From the human T2T-CHM13v2.0 reference genome, Homo sapiens: a stretch of 64,000 bases of DNA. Positions 57,797 through 64,000 of the stretch are shown here, piece after piece (position 1 is the stretch's first letter; the number at the start of each line of letters is the position of its first letter). The notes below the pieces were generated by a model. It saw nothing but the letters and a program-made list of their open reading frames with translations. It ran no database searches and was not told the origin of the DNA. The translations under genes and the position numbers were made by a program. The DNA is taken from assembly GCF_009914755.1 (NCBI RefSeq), contig NC_060937.1. One strand, given 5' to 3'.

Positions 57797-58466
57797 CGCG
57801 CACGCGCGCACACACACACACAATTTCCATATCTAGTTCAGAGAGCACACTCACTTCCCCCTTTCACAGTACGCAGGCTGAGTAAAACCCGCCCCACCCT
57901 CCACCCGTTGGCTGACGAAACCCCTTCTCTACAATTTATGAAAAAGATGATCTGGGCCGGGCACGCTAGCTCACGCCTGTCACTCCGGCACTTTGGGAGG
58001 CCGAGGCGGGTGGATCGCTTGGGGCCGGGAGTTCGAGACCAGGCTGGCCGACGTGGCGAAACCCCGTCTCTCTGAAAAATAGAACGATTAGCCGGGCCTG
58101 GTGGCGTGGGCTTGGAATCACGACCGCTCGGGAGACTGGGGCGGGCGACTTGTTCCAACCGGGGAGGCCGAGGTTGCGATGAGCTGAGATCGTGCCGTGG
58201 CGATGCGGCCTGGATGACGGAGCGAGACCCCGTGTCGAGAGAATCATGATGTTATTATAAGATGAGTTGTGCGCGGTGATGGCCGCCTGTAGTCGCGGCT
58301 ACTCGGGAGGCTGAGACGAGGAGAAGATCACTTGAGGCCCCACAGGTCGAGGCTTCGGTCGGCCGTGACCCACTGTATCCTGGGCAGTCACCGGTCAAGG
58401 AGATATGCCCCTTCCCCGTTTGCTTTTCTTTTCTTCCCTTCTCTTTTCTTCTTTTTGCTTCTCTTT

Positions 58467-58518
<52 letters not shown>

Positions 58519-59290
58519 TTTCTCTCTTCCCCTCTTTCTTTCCTGCCTTCCTGCCTTTCTTCTTTTCTTCTTTCCTCCCTTCCTCCCTTCCTTCTTTCCT
58601 CCCGCCTCAGCCTCCCAAAGTGCTGGGATGACTGGCGTGAGGCACCATGCCTGCTTGGCCCAAAGAGACCCTCTTGGAAAGTGAGACGCAGAGAGCGCCT
58701 TCCAGTGATCTCATTGACTGATTTAGAGACGGCATCTCGCTCCGTCACCCCGGCAGTGGTGCCGTCGTAACTCACTCCCTGCAGCGTGGACGCTCCTGGA
58801 CTCGAGCGATCCTTCCACCTCAGCCTCCAGAGTACAGAGCCTGGGACCGCGGGCACGCGCCACTGTGCCCACACCGTTTTTAATTGGTTTTTTTTTCCCC
58901 CGAGACAGAGTTTCACTCTCGTGGCCTAGACTGCAGTGCGGTGGCGCGATCTTGGCTCACCGCAACCTCTGCCTCCCGGTTTCAAGCGATTCTCCTGCAT
59001 CGGCCTCCTGAGTAGCCGGGATTGCGGGCATGCGCTGCCACGTCTGGCTGATTTCGTATTTTTAGTGGAGACGGGGCTTCTCCATGTCGATCGGGCTGGT
59101 TTCGAACTCCCGACCTCAGGTGATCCGCCCTCCCCGGCCTCCGGAAGTGCTGGGATGACAGGCGTGAGCCACCGCGCCCGGCCTTCATTTTTAAATGTTT
59201 TCCCACAGACGGGGTCTCATCATTTCTTTGCAACCCTCCTGCCCGGCGTCTCAAAGTGCTGGCGTGACGGGCGTGAGCCACTGCGCCTGG
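54823..59290. mobile_element. Alu and microsatellite region of the unit 2 IGS, including (GGGGT)n at 55451-55494
   Basis: Copy of 7853-12320 at offset +46970. Confidence 0.88.
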
Positions 59291-59338
59291 ACTCCGGGGA
59301 ATGACTCACGACCACCATCGCTCTACTGATCCTTTCTC

Positions 59339-59386
<48 letters not shown>

Positions 59387-59857
59387 GATGAATTATCTTA
59401 TGATTTATTTGTGTACTTATTTTCAGACGGAGTCTCGCTCTGGGCGGGGCGAGGCGAGGCGAGGCACAGCGCATCGCTTTGGAAGCCGCGGCAACGCCTT
59501 TCAAAGCCCCATTCGTATGCACAGAGCCTTATTCCCTTCCTGGAGTTGGAGCTGATGCCTTCCGTAGCCTTGGGCTTCTCTCCATTCGGAAGCTTTGACA
59601 GGCGCAACCCCACCCAGAGGCTGGCTGCGGCTGAGGATTAGGGGGTGTGTTGGGGCTGAAAACTGGGTCCCCTATTTTTGATACCTCAGCCGACACATCC
59701 CCCGACCGCCATCGCTTGCTCGCCCTCTGAGATCCCCCGCCTCCACCGCCTTGCAGGCTCACCTCTTACTTTCATTTCTTCCTTTCTTGCGTTTGAGGAG
59801 GGGGTGCGGGAATGAGGGTGTGTGTGGGGAGGGGGTGCGGGGTGGGGACGGAGGGGA

Positions 59858-64000
<4,143 letters not shown>

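Overview
Human-type 45S ribosomal DNA array covering about 1.36 tandem units with a period of exactly 46,970 bp. Order: 3' part of 28S (1-4429), 3'ETS, a ~33.5 kb intergenic spacer (IGS), the Pol I promoter (+1 at 38383), a complete 47S unit (5'ETS-18S-ITS1-5.8S-ITS2-28S-3'ETS), then the next IGS to the window end. The IGS holds four Sal-box R-repeats, many Alus, two Long Repeats with large CT blocks, a third CT block and a CDC27 retropseudogene. No ORF looks like a functional protein gene. Best leads: (1) a degenerate four-copy IGS module with a CTCF-like core, one copy of which sits at the presumed spacer promoter; (2) the CDC27 copy is TSD-bounded and only part-processed, running through a splice donor into ~1.7 kb of probable intron before its poly(A); (3) the same non-consensus substitution (GGATTACA to GGATGACA) in about a dozen separate IGS Alus; (4) widespread apparent CpG gain; (5) a chimeric extra R-repeat and a 1.13 kb duplication in LR2 that explain most of the long unit; (6) neighbouring units look identical even in microsatellite length, which may be an assembly artefact. 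All comparisons were made by eye, and comparisons with reference sequences are from memory. I cannot confirm that any lead is unpublished.
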